From the NCBI GenBank assembly GCA_951406725.2, contig OX597831.1, positions 79,980,001 to 80,044,000 of the forward strand: a stretch of DNA of 64,000 nucleotides, given 5' to 3'. Every line of letters starts with the position of its first letter. Position 1 is the first letter of the stretch. The stretch is from Octopus vulgaris. Its lineage: Eukaryota. A program made the position numbers and the translations under genes. A model generated the notes under the pieces. That model was not told where the DNA came from. It searched no databases and saw nothing but the letters and a program-made list of their open reading frames with translations. Shown piece by piece: positions 28,028 through 39,695 of the stretch.

Positions 28028-28273
28028 TGTATAACAGAAATGTAAAGCTTACATTAAACGTTACTGTATGGCTTTTGTAGGCGAATAATCTTTGTCGTTT
28101 GCTTACGTTTGTGCAATTTTCACATCAGCTAATTTGACCATGATGTAATACCGTTATAATTATATACACGCACCACTGAATAGAACAATGAAGAAAGATA
28201 TAGTAAAGATATATCTATCTGGCCCCCATCTCTCTCACTCTCTCTCCCTCTCCCTCTCTTTCTCTCTCTGTAC

Positions 28274-28314
<41 letters not shown>

Positions 28315-29073
28315 TGTGTGCTTGTAGAGAGAGACAGAGATAGGTAGTTAAATAGATACATACAAACATACACATGAATACATTCATATAAATATGCATA
28401 TATGCATGTATGTATGTATATATATATGTATGTATGTATGTATATATGTATGTATGTATGTATGTATATGTGTATGTATGTATGTATGTATGTATGTGTG
28501 TATGTATGTATGTATGTGTGCATGTATGTATGTATGTATTGTATGTATGTATGTATGTATGTATGTATGCATGTATGTATGTATATATGTATGTATGTTC
28601 AATTATTTTGCTGAGAAAAGGTTTACAGTGACTTTGATATTGCACTGGCCGCACACCACACACACATATATATAGAGAGAGAGATATATACATACACATA
28701 CGCATATATACATAGAAATAAACCTATACACACACACACACACACACACATACAAACACACACATGCATTCAAATATCCACACCCACATATCTGGTGTAG
28801 ACAGGGATCCCCGTTCACAAATTACTAGTATATTCCATCGTATCTATTTAATTAACTTAATTAACTTCGGTAGTCATTGGATCAGGTGCCAGTTTAGTGT
28901 AGTGGTCAGCGTCGCTTATTCTGTTTGTAGCAGAGACGACGTTCGAAACCCGTAAGCGTCGTCACAATCTTTTTCGCTTACCGTATCTTTCTCTCCCCCT
29001 CTCTGCTACTCCCCCTCTCTCTTTCTCTCAGCGTGTGGTGACTGTGTCACTGAAACACGTTATTCTTTTCTCC

Positions 29074-29107
<34 letters not shown>

Positions 29108-30191
29108 GGCGGTGCCCCAGCATGGCCACAGCTTGAGCTGAAACTAGATGAAATAAAAAAAATTTTTTTTAAATATATGGTGACCTCACTCGCTGTGGGG
29201 CGGTCATCTCCCCTGTCAGTGCATAGGTAATGTGCTTTTTTGTTGCTATAATGATCTTTGACTCTTGTTTCTAGCAATGCTGGTGCTACACTGCACCCTA
29301 AATAACTACCAGTGACAATTGAATTTTTCTTTTCTCGTTTTACATTGCGTCTATCCATCTCGTTATGCACACACACAAACACACACACACACACACAAAC
29401 ATATACATATACATATACATATATAATAAATGCGAAAACTAATTTCTCTGTGTCAGTGTGTCACGCTTTGACCCCCCCCCCAACTATTCAGCGACACTTG
29501 TATTCCTCATGCTGGGGTGAGAGTAATAGTAGGCATAGAGACGGTGAGGGCGGTGGTGAAGACAGACAGAGAGAGAGAGGGGAAGAAAAAGAGATACAAA
29601 GAAATTTAGGGAGAGTTGATGTCTTAGAAAAAGTAGTAGGGTTGATGCTGGCAGTGGGAGTAATAATAAGAGAGAGAGAGGGGAAAAAAGTGGGGGGTGA
29701 GAGAAAGAGGGACTGAATACTGATGGTAATGGTGTGATAGTAATAGTATGAGCTGTAGTTGTGATAAAGGTGGAGGCGGCAGAAGTGGTGGTGGTGGTTA
29801 TAGCCGAGGCGGTCAGGGATGACGGTGAGGATAACGGATCTGAAGAGCTGGGTGATGGTGGTGGAGGGGAAGGCAGTGAAGTCAACGGTATTGATGGTGG
29901 TGGCGTCAGAAGTGTGAATGGTGTGTGTATGGCAAATGTAGTGGCGATGGTGGTGGTACTGTTGTTTATCAAGCAACTTTGCAATGAGTTCCAAGTCGAC
30001 AAATTATATCATTGTTTTGATGAAAATTGTTCATTGCTTGAAAAATATTGTTCAAGGTTATTAAAATTTAATATGTACGCAATGCATAAGGTGTCATTAT
30101 TGGGCCCAAGGCCTAATGAAGAGCACTCCACAGCCTTCCTACACAGCGGCTTTTAAGCTAGTATGTATATATGTATATGTATGCGTATATA

Positions 30192-30244
<53 letters not shown>

Positions 30245-30246
<2 letters not shown>

Positions 30247-30448
30247 CGCCATGATAGATCAGTAGCCACTACACACATTTTTTTCTCTCGTTTCTTTCCT
30301 TGTTTTTTTTCTGTGCCCTTTTCTGTCGAAGAGCGTAGACTCGAAACGTAAAAGACTTTTTCTATTCCTGAGCGTTATACTTATACATCTTTTTTTTTTG
30401 TACACCACCTGTCTTCGTCTTTTGTTTTATTTTTCGTGAACTCTCCCC
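30245..30448 (+). mobile_element. Penelope-like terminal fragment with minimal hammerhead-like motif
   Basis: cttt(t)-CUGUCGA-a-gag cgtaga ctc-GAAA-C-GUA-aaag (30318-30354), then ttcctgagcg. It is embedded in (TA)n and homologous to the minus-strand 30520-30602. Confidence 0.6.
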
Positions 30449-30477
30449 TATATATATATATATATGTATATATATAA

Positions 30478-33400
30478 TTTTAATCCAAACGGGAAACAAA
30501 AAAACAACAACAATGTAACAATTACAGTATTATTATTAATAGGCGCTCAGGAAATGGAAGCAGGGAGGTATGACGTTTCGAGCGGAGCTCTTCGTCGGAA
30601 ACAAAAAGAAGGAAGAGAGAGGAAAGAAAGATCCCGGAGCGGGCAACGGAGATAGAGAAAAAAACGACTGGTGTTAGGAGTTACACATGGTGAAAGGCGG
30701 ATGTTTACGATAACAAGAGCAAAGTGGGTTTTTAAAGGCAAACGAGTGGAGACAAGGTTGGTAACGCAACAGATGTGTGTGTATGTGTGAGTGTGTGCGT
30801 GTGCGTGTGTGTATGTGTGTGTGTGAGGCGAGATAAAAAAACAAAAAATATATGTATGTGTTAGTGTGTGCGTCTGTGTGTAGGCGTGTGAGGTAGGGTG
30901 AGACGGTGGTCAGCATAGCAGCAGCATAGCAGACAAAGGTCAGTAGTAAGAAAAGGGAGGAAGGAGGAAGGGAGGGAGGGGAAGGGGTGGGGGCGTATGT
31001 AGCGTGCCAGCGTGTGTTGAGTAGTAGTGTGTGTGTGTGTCCAGTGTCGTGGTAGTATTAATGGCGAGTAGATTGAATGTGTGTAAGAGTAATGTATATG
31101 TTTAAGCAATGTGTGTGTATGTGTGCGCGTGTGTGTAACGAAAAAAAAGGGGGGTTAGGAAAAGGACTCCAGCGGAGGGGAAGATGGAAGAGTGGTCCCG
31201 CGGAGACGGGCGTGGGAAAACCCAACGACAAGCGACATCCCAGGAACGGGCGGGAGGTCTCGTCGGGTCCAAGGGCGAGGTGCATGCGGCGCGCATGCGT
31301 GCGCGAACCGGCGCAAGCGCGTGTGTGCGCGTACGTATGTGTGTGTGTGGATGTGTGAGTGTGTCTGTGTGTATGTCTGGGTGGCAGTGTGTCCGATGAA
31401 TGTATGTGAGTATGTGTGTATATATGTGTGTGTGTGTGTGTGTGTCCGTGTGTGTGTGTGTGTGTGTATGTGTATGAGTGTGTATGTATGTACGTGTGGG
31501 TGTGGGGAAGTGTGTGTATGTATGTGTGAGTGTGTATGTATGTGTGTGTAGGATGCATGTATGTGTATGGGTGTATGTATGCGTGTGTATGTATGTATGT
31601 ATGTGTACGTGCGTGTGTGTGTGTGTATGCGTGTAGGTGTGCGCGTGTGCATGCGTGCATGTATGTGCGTATGTGTGTGTGTGTGCATGTGTGTGGGTAT
31701 ATATGTGTGTGCGTATATGTGTGTGTATGTGCGTACATGTGTGTGTGTATGCATGTGTGTGTGTAGGTGTGTAGGCGTGTGTGTATAGGTGTATGTATGT
31801 AAGTATGTATGGGTGTGTCCGTGTATGTGTGTATGTATGTGTGTGTATGTAGCTGTGTGGGCGTGTGTATATGTGTGTGTATGTAGGTGTGTGGGCGTGT
31901 GTATATAGGTGTATGTATGTATGTCTGGGTGTGTCCGTGCATGTTTGTGTGTGTGTGTGTATGCATGTGTATGTAGGTGTGTGTGTACGTGTGTAATGTA
32001 TGTGTGTATGCGTGTGTATGCGTGCGTGTGTGTATGTAGGTGCGTGTGTATGTGTGTGGGAGTGTAGGTGTGTGTGGGAGTGTAGGTGTGTGTGTGCGTG
32101 TGCGTGTTTATGTTGGTGTGTGCGTATGTGAGTGTGAGTGTATGGGTGTTTGTCATGCATGTGTGTGCGCGTGCAGGTGAGTGTGTGTGTAAGTATGTGT
32201 GTGTGTATGTTTGTGTGAGTGTGTATGTGTGTATGTCTGTGTGTATGTATGTGCGTATAGGCGTATGTAGGTATGTGTGTGTGTATGTATATGGGTGTAT
32301 GTATGTATGTGTGTGTGTGCATGTGTATAAGTATATGCGTGTGTGCGTATGTGTGTGTATGTGTATGTGTGTGTGTTTATGTATGTGTGTATGTATGTGT
32401 GTAGGCGTGAGTGTGTAGATGTATGTATGTATGGGTGTGTGTCAGTGTGTGTTTGTGTGTGTGTGTAGGTAGATGTGTGTGTCTGAGTGAGGGTATGGCT
32501 GTGTAGGTGTGTGTGTGTATGAATGTAAGTGTGTGTGTATACAAGTGTAATGTATGTATGTAGGTGTGTGTGTGTGTGTATGTGTACGTGTGCGTGTGTA
32601 TGTGTGTGTGTGTATGCGTGTGAGTGTGGGTGTATGGGTGTATGTCTGTGTGTGTGTATGTCTGAAGTGGGTATGTGTGTGTATGTATGTATGTGTGTGT
32701 GTGTGCGGGTATGTGTGTGTGTGTATGTGTGTGTGTGAGTAGGTGTGCGTGTATGTATGTGGGTAGGGATGCATGCGAGTGTGTGGGTATGTATGCAAAC
32801 ATACGCAAGCGCACATCCGAAGCAAGCCCACACACACGAAGCGCGCAACAAGCAGTGCAACGCAAGCCCAAAGGGGCCGACCGAGCCCCCAGCGCGCGCC
32901 AAGGCGCGCGAGCGCAAAGGCCCTCGAACGCCCCGCTACGCGGGAACCGAGGATCCATCAGCCAAAACCGGAAAGCAGAAAAGAGGGGGGCCGCCTGGAT
33001 GCAAAAAGGTGTATGTGTGTGTGCATTCAGTGTACGGGTGTGCATGTGTGGGTATGTATGTATGTATGTGCCTACATGTATGTGTGCATGTGTGTGTGTG
33101 TGAAGTATGTACGTGCGGTGTGTGTGTGTGAGTGTGTGTGTATGTATGTGCGTATGTATGTGTGTGTGTATGTGTGTATGTATGTCTGCGTGTGTGTGTG
33201 TGTGTAAGTATGTATGCGTGTGTGTATGTATGTATGTGTGTGTGTATGTGTGTCTGTAAGTGTGTGTGATTAAATGTGTGAATGTATGTACGTAGATGGG
33301 TCTACGTATGTGTGTGTGTGAACAGGCATGTGGGAGGTAGGTGGGTGGGAGGTAGGTGGGTGGGAGGTAGGTGGGTGGGTGTGTGTGGGTGGTGTGTCCG

Positions 33401-34134
33401 AAAAAAAAAAAAAAAAAAAACCGATCTCAAGAGGAGGGGGCTGTGTTAAGTCCGTGTGGGGTGGTAGTTTGTAGGGTGAAGATGTAGCGTTGCTCCAAGT
33501 GGAGCCTGGAAAGTGGGCGACCATTGTGGGGGGCGAGACCAAACACTGAGATGTCATCTCGGGAATGGCCGGCCGAGCGGAAGTGGCGTGCGACGGGAGA
33601 AAAAGAGTGTAGGCGAACGTCCCTCAAGTGTTCAGTGAAACGGTCGGACAACCGGCGTCCCGTCTGACCTACATACAGCATCCCGCATAGGTTGCATTTA
33701 ATGCAGTAAATAAGGCCAGACGAGGTGCACGTAAAAGAGTGCCTAATGCGTACAGTATGCAGGTTGGAGCCGGTGACAGCGGTGGTGTTGGTGATGAAGG
33801 GGCAAGTGTTGCAGCGGGATCTAGAGCAAGGGAATGATCCGTGTGGGGCTGAGGGGGAAGGAGAGAGGGTGCTGTGGACCAGGAGGTCACGCAGATTGCG
33901 GGCTCGTTTGAAAGAGGACAGGGGTGGGTTAGGGAAAATGGGGCGGGTGGTGGGATCAAGCTGGAGGCGACGGAAGGCACGTAGTATCTTGCGACGAAAG
34001 GGTAGGGTAGAGGGGTGGAAAAGGAGGGGGAAGGGGGTGCGGTTGGGGGGTGGGCGGGGGGAAGGAGACAAGGCGGTAGTGCGGTCGATGCGACGGGCGC
34101 GGGTGAGGGCATCAGAGAGGAGTGTGGGTGGATA
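30478..34134 (-). mobile_element. 5'-truncated Penelope-like retroelement (Neptune-like): GIY-YIG ORF plus ~3 kb microsatellite-rich 3' region ending in a hammerhead-like motif
   Basis: GIY-YIG ORF at 33427-34134. The minus strand carries uniform CA/CATA-rich sequence down to ~30760. The motif CCGACGA-a-gagc tcc gctc-GAAA-C-GUC lies at 30568-30602, and (TA)n flanks both ends. Treating the whole span as one element is inference. Confidence 0.6.
33427..34134 (-). CDS. C-terminal part of Penelope-like ORF (RT-adjacent helical region, Cys linker, GIY-YIG endonuclease); 5'-truncated
   Basis: Open frame YPPTLLSDALTRARRIDR...FKRARNLRDLLVHS...CSRSRCNTC...FTCTSSGLIYCIKCNLCGMLYVGQTGRRLSDRFTEH...VARHF...EQRYIFTLQTTTPHGLN. 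Confidence 0.9.
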   Translation of the reverse strand, partial: YPPTLLSDALTRARRIDRTTALSPSPRPPPNRTPFPLLFHPSTLPFRRKILRAFRRLQLDPTTRPIFPNPPLSSFKRARNLRDLLVHSTLSPSPSAPHGSFPCSRSRCNTCPFITNTTAVTGSNLHTVRIRHSFTCTSSGLIYCIKCNLCGMLYVGQTGRRLSDRFTEHLRDVRLHSFSPVARHFRSAGHSRDDISVFGLAPHNGRPLSRLHLEQRYIFTLQTTTPHGLNTAPSS

Positions 34135-34154
34135 TATATATATATATATACATA

Positions 34155-35416
34155 CGAGGGGCGTTCAATTAGTAATGCCCCTGACCCACTTGCAGTTGTT
34201 TGATCTAGTTGCATGTGCACTTATTTATACCTCTATAGATTAAGTGGCGAATTACAGTTCTGAACTAATTGTGGTTTTTGATTTACAGGTGTTTGAACTG
34301 AGTCAAGTGTGAAATGGAGCCTGTTGAGTGTCGAGCAGTGATCTGGTTTTTGTATTTGAAAGGACGCACACCACGGGAGACTTTTGATGAAATGAAAGTA
34401 ACTTATGGTGATGATGCCCCATCATATGACCTTGTAAAACGTTGGCATTGTGAATTCAAACATAGTCGGAACTCTGTGGAAACAGCTCCCAGATCTGGTC
34501 GCCCCCTTCTGCCGTTGATGAGACGTCTGTCCGTCAAGTTGAGGCTGCCATTTTAGAAGGTCAACGCATAACTATTCGCCAAATAGCCCATAAGGTCAAG
34601 ATTAGTACCGGGTCTGTGGAAACTATCATTCATGACCATTTGCATATGCAAAAGGTGTCTGCCAGATAGATTTCCAGGTTGCTCACACCTTTCCAGAAGC
34701 AAGAACGCGTTGAGTGCTCGAGGGTGAATTTGGAGACGTGCCAAGAAGATGAGTCAACATTTTTCAAAAGACTGATCACACAGGATAAAACCTGGGTCCA
34801 TCACTATGATCCATAGACCAAAGCCCAGTCAATGCAGTGAAAGCACCGTGACTCACCTCCTCCAAAGTAGGCATGGGTGCAGCCCTCCGCTGACAAGATT
34901 ATGCTCACAGTCTTCTGGGACCAGGACGGAGTAGTGATGACAGATTTCCTGGCAAAGGGTACCACAATTACAGGAGCCTATTATGCTTCACTTTTGAGGA
35001 AATTAAGAGAAGCTATCAAAATCAAGAGGCGGAGCAAGATCAGCAAAGGCATCCTCCTCCTGCAGGACAACGCTCCGGTCCACAACTCGCGTGTCGCCAG
35101 ATCAGAAGCACAGGCGTGCAGCTATGAACTCCTCCCCTTGCACCCTCTGATTTTCACCTCTTCCCAGCCATGAAGTTGATTTTGAAAGGAAAGCGTTTCC
35201 CAGATGATGCAGCCTTGATTTCTGAAGTCACGTCGTGGTTGGAGGACCAAGCTGGGGTCTTCTACAAAAACGGTCTCCAGAGCTGTATCAAACGATGGGA
35301 GAAATGCATAACTCTGGGTAGTTCCTATGTAGGAAAAGACTAATAACTGTGCCAAGTGTCGTTGCTCTACTGCTATGGGAAGTGGGTCAGGGGCATTACT
35401 TATTGAACGCCCCTCG
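34155..35416 (+). mobile_element. Mariner (DD34D type, irritans-like) transposon, near full length
   Basis: 37-bp TIRs cgaggggcgttcaattagtaatgcccctgacccactt (34155-34191) and 35380-35416 with one mismatch; TA on both sides. Confidence 0.95.
34314..35343 (+). pseudogene. Mariner transposase pseudogene
   Basis: MEPVECRAVIWFLYLKG...PRSGRP; ITQDKTWVHHYDP; KIMLTVFWDQDGV; LLQDNAPVH; ...KRWEKCITLGSSYVGKD*. It has frameshifts, stops and a deletion of the YSPDL motif. Confidence 0.9.
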
Positions 35417-35688
35417 TATATACACTAAATGTTACCATACAGTAGAAATTCTGTTAATGTGAAAATCCGTAAATATGTTTTGAGTATGAACAAACATTAA
35501 CACGAGATGTATTGACAGATTCTGGTCACCCGAAGATGGGAAAGTATGCAGCTATTGTATTAATATAACGTCGTATATAATATATGTAACATTCATCAAT
35601 TAACAGCTGATATGGGTGCGTTGAAACAGCTGTAGGGATTTGTAATAAAATCTGTTCAACCCGTCTCCTCGTCTCAAAATTTGTTTAT

Positions 35689-35828
35689 AGGCGCATACTT
35701 TCCCACCACATGGTTCCAGGTTCAGTCCAACTCTGTGGCAACTTCGGCAAGTGCCTTCAGCTATATCCTGAGGCGGACCAACGCCTCGTGAGTGGATTTG
35801 GTAGACGGACACTCGAAGAATTCTGTCC
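35689..35828 (+). mobile_element. SINE family A, 5' half
   Basis: ccacatggttccaggttcagtcc...gtgagtggatttggtagacgga. Confidence 0.7.
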
Positions 35829-35923
35829 TATGTGTGTGTGCGTGTGTATGTGAATATCAGTGTGTTTGTGTGTGAGTGTGTGTGTGTTTGTGAGTGTGTG
35901 AATGTGTGTGTGTTTGTGAGTGA

Positions 35924-35970
<47 letters not shown>

Positions 35971-35972
<2 letters not shown>

Positions 35973-38374
35973 CTAGTTTGGTGATGGTAGGGTTGGGACA
36001 AGGCCCGACGGTCAGGCGGTAGTAGATGACGGACGCGATGTACGAGTTCGCCACCTCCGTCCGACCTTTTATGGACAGCTTCCTCTCGGCCCATTGCCGG
36101 GCAAGAGTGACCACCCTAATCGTTATCTCGTTCCAGTTTTTCTCCATTTGGAGGTCCGGACCAAACCAGATCCCGAGCTACTCGACCGGACCATCGATCT
36201 AGCGTCCCACGACGGAGGCGCTGGTGGACGGCATGGGCTTGCTTCTCCAGGTGCCGAGTCGCAAGCCCACTGATTTTTCCCGGCTGATTTTCGCTCCTGT
36301 CGCCGCTTCGTAGTCTTTCAGTGTCTCGCCGACCAGCTCGATGTGCTCGTGGCTAGACACTATGACGGTGACGACGTCCGCGTATGCAGACAAGTTCGTC
36401 CCGCATCCCAATTCTCGCGGGATGCCTCTCAGAGTTGCCAGCTTCCGCAATAATGGCTCAGGAGTCAATACGTAGAGAAGCGACGAGAGGGGACATCCCT
36501 GACGGACCGAACGTGCAATGTCGAAAGGTCTCGATAGATGTCCATTTACGCGAATTACCGAGCGGATACATCTGTACAAAGCGGCTATCCAGCCGCGGAA
36601 GACGGGACCAATTATCGATGGTCTATCCTATCGAAAGCTTTCGATTGATCCAAATTGATCAGCGCCCCACCCATGCCAGGTTCCTTAACTACCCTGTCTA
36701 TGATGTAACGCATCAGGTGGAGGATGTCATGGATGCTCCGGCCCGGTACGGCGCACGTTTGCGCCTTGTTGACCAGTTTTTCGATGATAAGCGCCAACAT
36801 CTTGGCTAACACCTTGGCCAAAATTTTCAAGTCTGCATTAAGCAGAGTGATGGACCTACAGTTGTCTATTACATCCCCCTTGTTTAGATCTTTCTTCAGC
36901 AGTGTTACGGCTCCTCAGCTCACAAAACCAGGAATTCTTCCGTTTTGCTGCCAGTTGCAGTACACCGCTGCCAAGACGTCTTCAAACAAGTCTGGCATAC
37001 AACTGTAAAGCTCGTAAGGTAGACCATCCAAACCCGGCGATTTGTCCCTCGAGCATTCTGCCATCACGTCCTGCACTTCTGCCGCCGTGATGGCACCTTC
37101 GCAGCGCCCTGCCTCTCTTGTCGACAGTCGTGGTAGGCTGTGTAGGTAGGCACTGAAGTCCACACTACGGACAGAATGCTGTTGAAAGGCTTCACACATT
37201 TTACTTGACTCGAGAAATTCGTGCCCCTGTTCATCTACGAGAGACCGAATGGTGGCTTTGTTGCCCTGTTGCGCCTCTGCCACCCGGGCCTCTCGCGCGG
37301 CTCCAACGCCTTCGTTCCTTAGAGCACGCATCCTAGCTCTGACAGCACATCCTTCGTGTTTGGCGTTGAAGTGTTGGTCGAGGGCCAACCTCGCCGCCAA
37401 AACGTCGGATGCGATGCCGCTTCTAATTGCCTCTTCTAGCTTCTTAACTAGCTCACCCTCTACTCTATTTCTATCTATGGCTAGTGCTTTGCTGTACCTA
37501 ATCGCTTCTGCTTTTACTGCTCTCTTGAGGGCAAACCACCATTTGTTGTTGATGATGGCTCCCGTCAAAGCCCTCTTTACTAGTGTGCTAATCCGGTCTC
37601 TGAAAACCTGTCTCGATGGGAAAGACGCGTTTAGTTTCCAGTATCCGGGACCCTGCCTAAGTGTCTTACCTAAGTCTAGCGTATATGTCACAAGTTTGTG
37701 ATTCGTGTAGCTGACTATGTGGAATTGTGGACATCCTACGCTATCTCTATCTACTGTCCTACACAGTATCCTATCTAGATACGATCTCGACGACCCGATG
37801 CGGTTGCTCCATGTCCACGTTGGCGCATTCGGGTGGTCGAGTCGGTACTTGTCAGACAGTTGAAAGCGTCTGAGCAGGTCTCTGAGGCATTTGCATCCTC
37901 GTCTATTCCTATCTCTGCCCACGTAGTCTATATGCGTGTCCCATGTAGCATTCCAATCCCCCACTAAGAGTAAAGGACGAGACGTTCCCATGAATACTTC
38001 TAGACGTTGAAAGAAATCCGCCCGACCTGTTAAAGGCGGTGCGTAGACTGATACGAGTCGAAAAGCGCACCCATTGCTGCCGTTGTCATCCAGGACGACC
38101 AGTCTACTCTCCGGGTCTACGAATATTGTCTTTACTTTGAGATCCAAGCTCTTGCGAAAAAGTACCGCGGTGCCACTACCGCCCATTCTTGGCAGACAGG
38201 GGGGAAAATGTTGAACTGTCCGCCAAACATGGTCTTTAGGGCCCTCGGATTGTGGAGTCTGGTCTCACTTATGGCTATGATTTCTAACTTGTGTGACTTT
38301 ATGTAAATTAAGAGGTACCCTTGTTTCCAAGGGGACCCCAAGCCACGCGCATTTACACAACCAATCTTGATCAT
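35971..38374 (-). pseudogene. Tx1-like ORF2 (APE endonuclease-reverse transcriptase) pseudogene
   Basis: MIKIGCVNARGL...ISETRL; VSVYAP; GDWNA; SYLDRI; PGYWKLN; KSPGLDGLPYE; KILAKVLA; NLDQSKAFDRIDH; SVRQGCPLSSLLY; SAYADVVTV; WAERKLSIKGR. Several frameshifts. Confidence 0.9.
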
Positions 38375-38728
38375 AATCCTAGTGAATTAAAATACAAACG
38401 AAAGGAAGAGAGTTACTTATTGCTCGAAAGTTTTTGCTTTCTCCTCCTTTGGTTTGTCCTCGAGGAGACCCCAGTAAAGATTCTTCGTGAGGTATTTTTG
38501 GCATTTACCAACCGCACTGGGGAAATGTCTTTTAGTGTGTGGTGGAGACTTCTGGAGATATGTAGTATTTTGATGTGATCCGGTGGTGTTGTGTATGGGT
38601 GATTGTTTGTTTTTATGTCATCTTCTGTTATGTTTGTTTTTGATATGATGTATTCCATTAAATTTGTGTTTTTGGTGTCTATAGCTGAGAGCATGTTTGT
38701 GGTGTTGGTGTGGCTGTTGTTTGTGGTG
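35971..38728 (-). mobile_element. Tx1/L1-clade LINE fragment (end of ORF1 plus most of ORF2)
   Basis: APE endonuclease and RT domains in collinear frameshifted ORFs; bounded by (GATA)n at the 5' side and (GT)n at the 3' side. Confidence 0.9.
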
Positions 38729-38809
<81 letters not shown>

Positions 38810-39091
38810 TAAATTGTGAGTGGTTGAATTCACACATTACGTCATGAAGAGAGTGATTGACAGAATGGTACAGGGTGTGTTCACATGACAGATGCAGGAA
38901 AAGTATCTGAAAAATACAAATTTTTTAATGAGAATTTTTCAGAGGAATATGGTGTAGCTTGTGAATATGTGGGTATATGTCGATAATATAAGTACCAGCT
39001 GAACACTGGGGTCGATGTAATCGACTCATCCTCTCCCCCAAAATTTCTGCCCTTGTGGCAAAATTTGAAACCATTATTATTATTAACATTA

Positions 39092-39169
<78 letters not shown>

Positions 39170-39171
<2 letters not shown>

Positions 39172-39695
39172 AGTGCATGCCATCAAAGTGAGACGGGGGT
39201 AAAATATACGAAACCCAGTATACACATCATGACTACCCGTCTGATAAGGGTACGCCAGGTACATGCATCACAACCATATGTGCGCGACATGGTGATTTTA
39301 TATCAAGGTAAACAGCGCATGACCTTGCAGGTGGGGACCAGTTAGAATTTTCTTCTGGTCGAGTAACCCATCCCGGGGTTGTTTAAGGATGTTGAACGAA
39401 ACACCCATATTTCCAAAGGTGAATTATCCAAACCGCAAAGAATTCCTTTCAACACACGGCTATGATGCTCCCTCACTACCTCTGCTCATGATCAGAGATG
39501 CACATATCGTCAGCCAATAAGGGACATGCTCAGCTGGTTAAGGTCAAACAACGGACAAGCAAATCTGTGGTATTGAGCAGAATATTTGCTGTAGCCCATC
39601 TTTTATACCAAGACAAAACAATGTACATGATAACATTTCCAATCAGTTAAGATCAGAAGCCATGAAAGCCACTGCCTGGTACTGCATCAGGACAT
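39170..39695. repeat. Unclassified interspersed repeat flanked by (TTA)n
   Basis: A ~525-bp complex block between (TTA)n/(GA)n at 39074-39170 and (TTA)n at ~39697-39720. I recall it as a common octopus repeat, but there is only one copy here. Confidence 0.35.

Noticed and set aside
28890-28960. tRNA gene (A/B-box-like tagtgtagtgg...gttcgaaac)
   Set aside because: No convincing cloverleaf; probably a decayed SINE head. The SINE heads elsewhere are likewise not tRNA genes.
32795-33000. CpG-island promoter or bacterial contamination
   Set aside because: It is too short, the strong T-versus-A asymmetry is not expected for either, and it grades into the flanking repeats.
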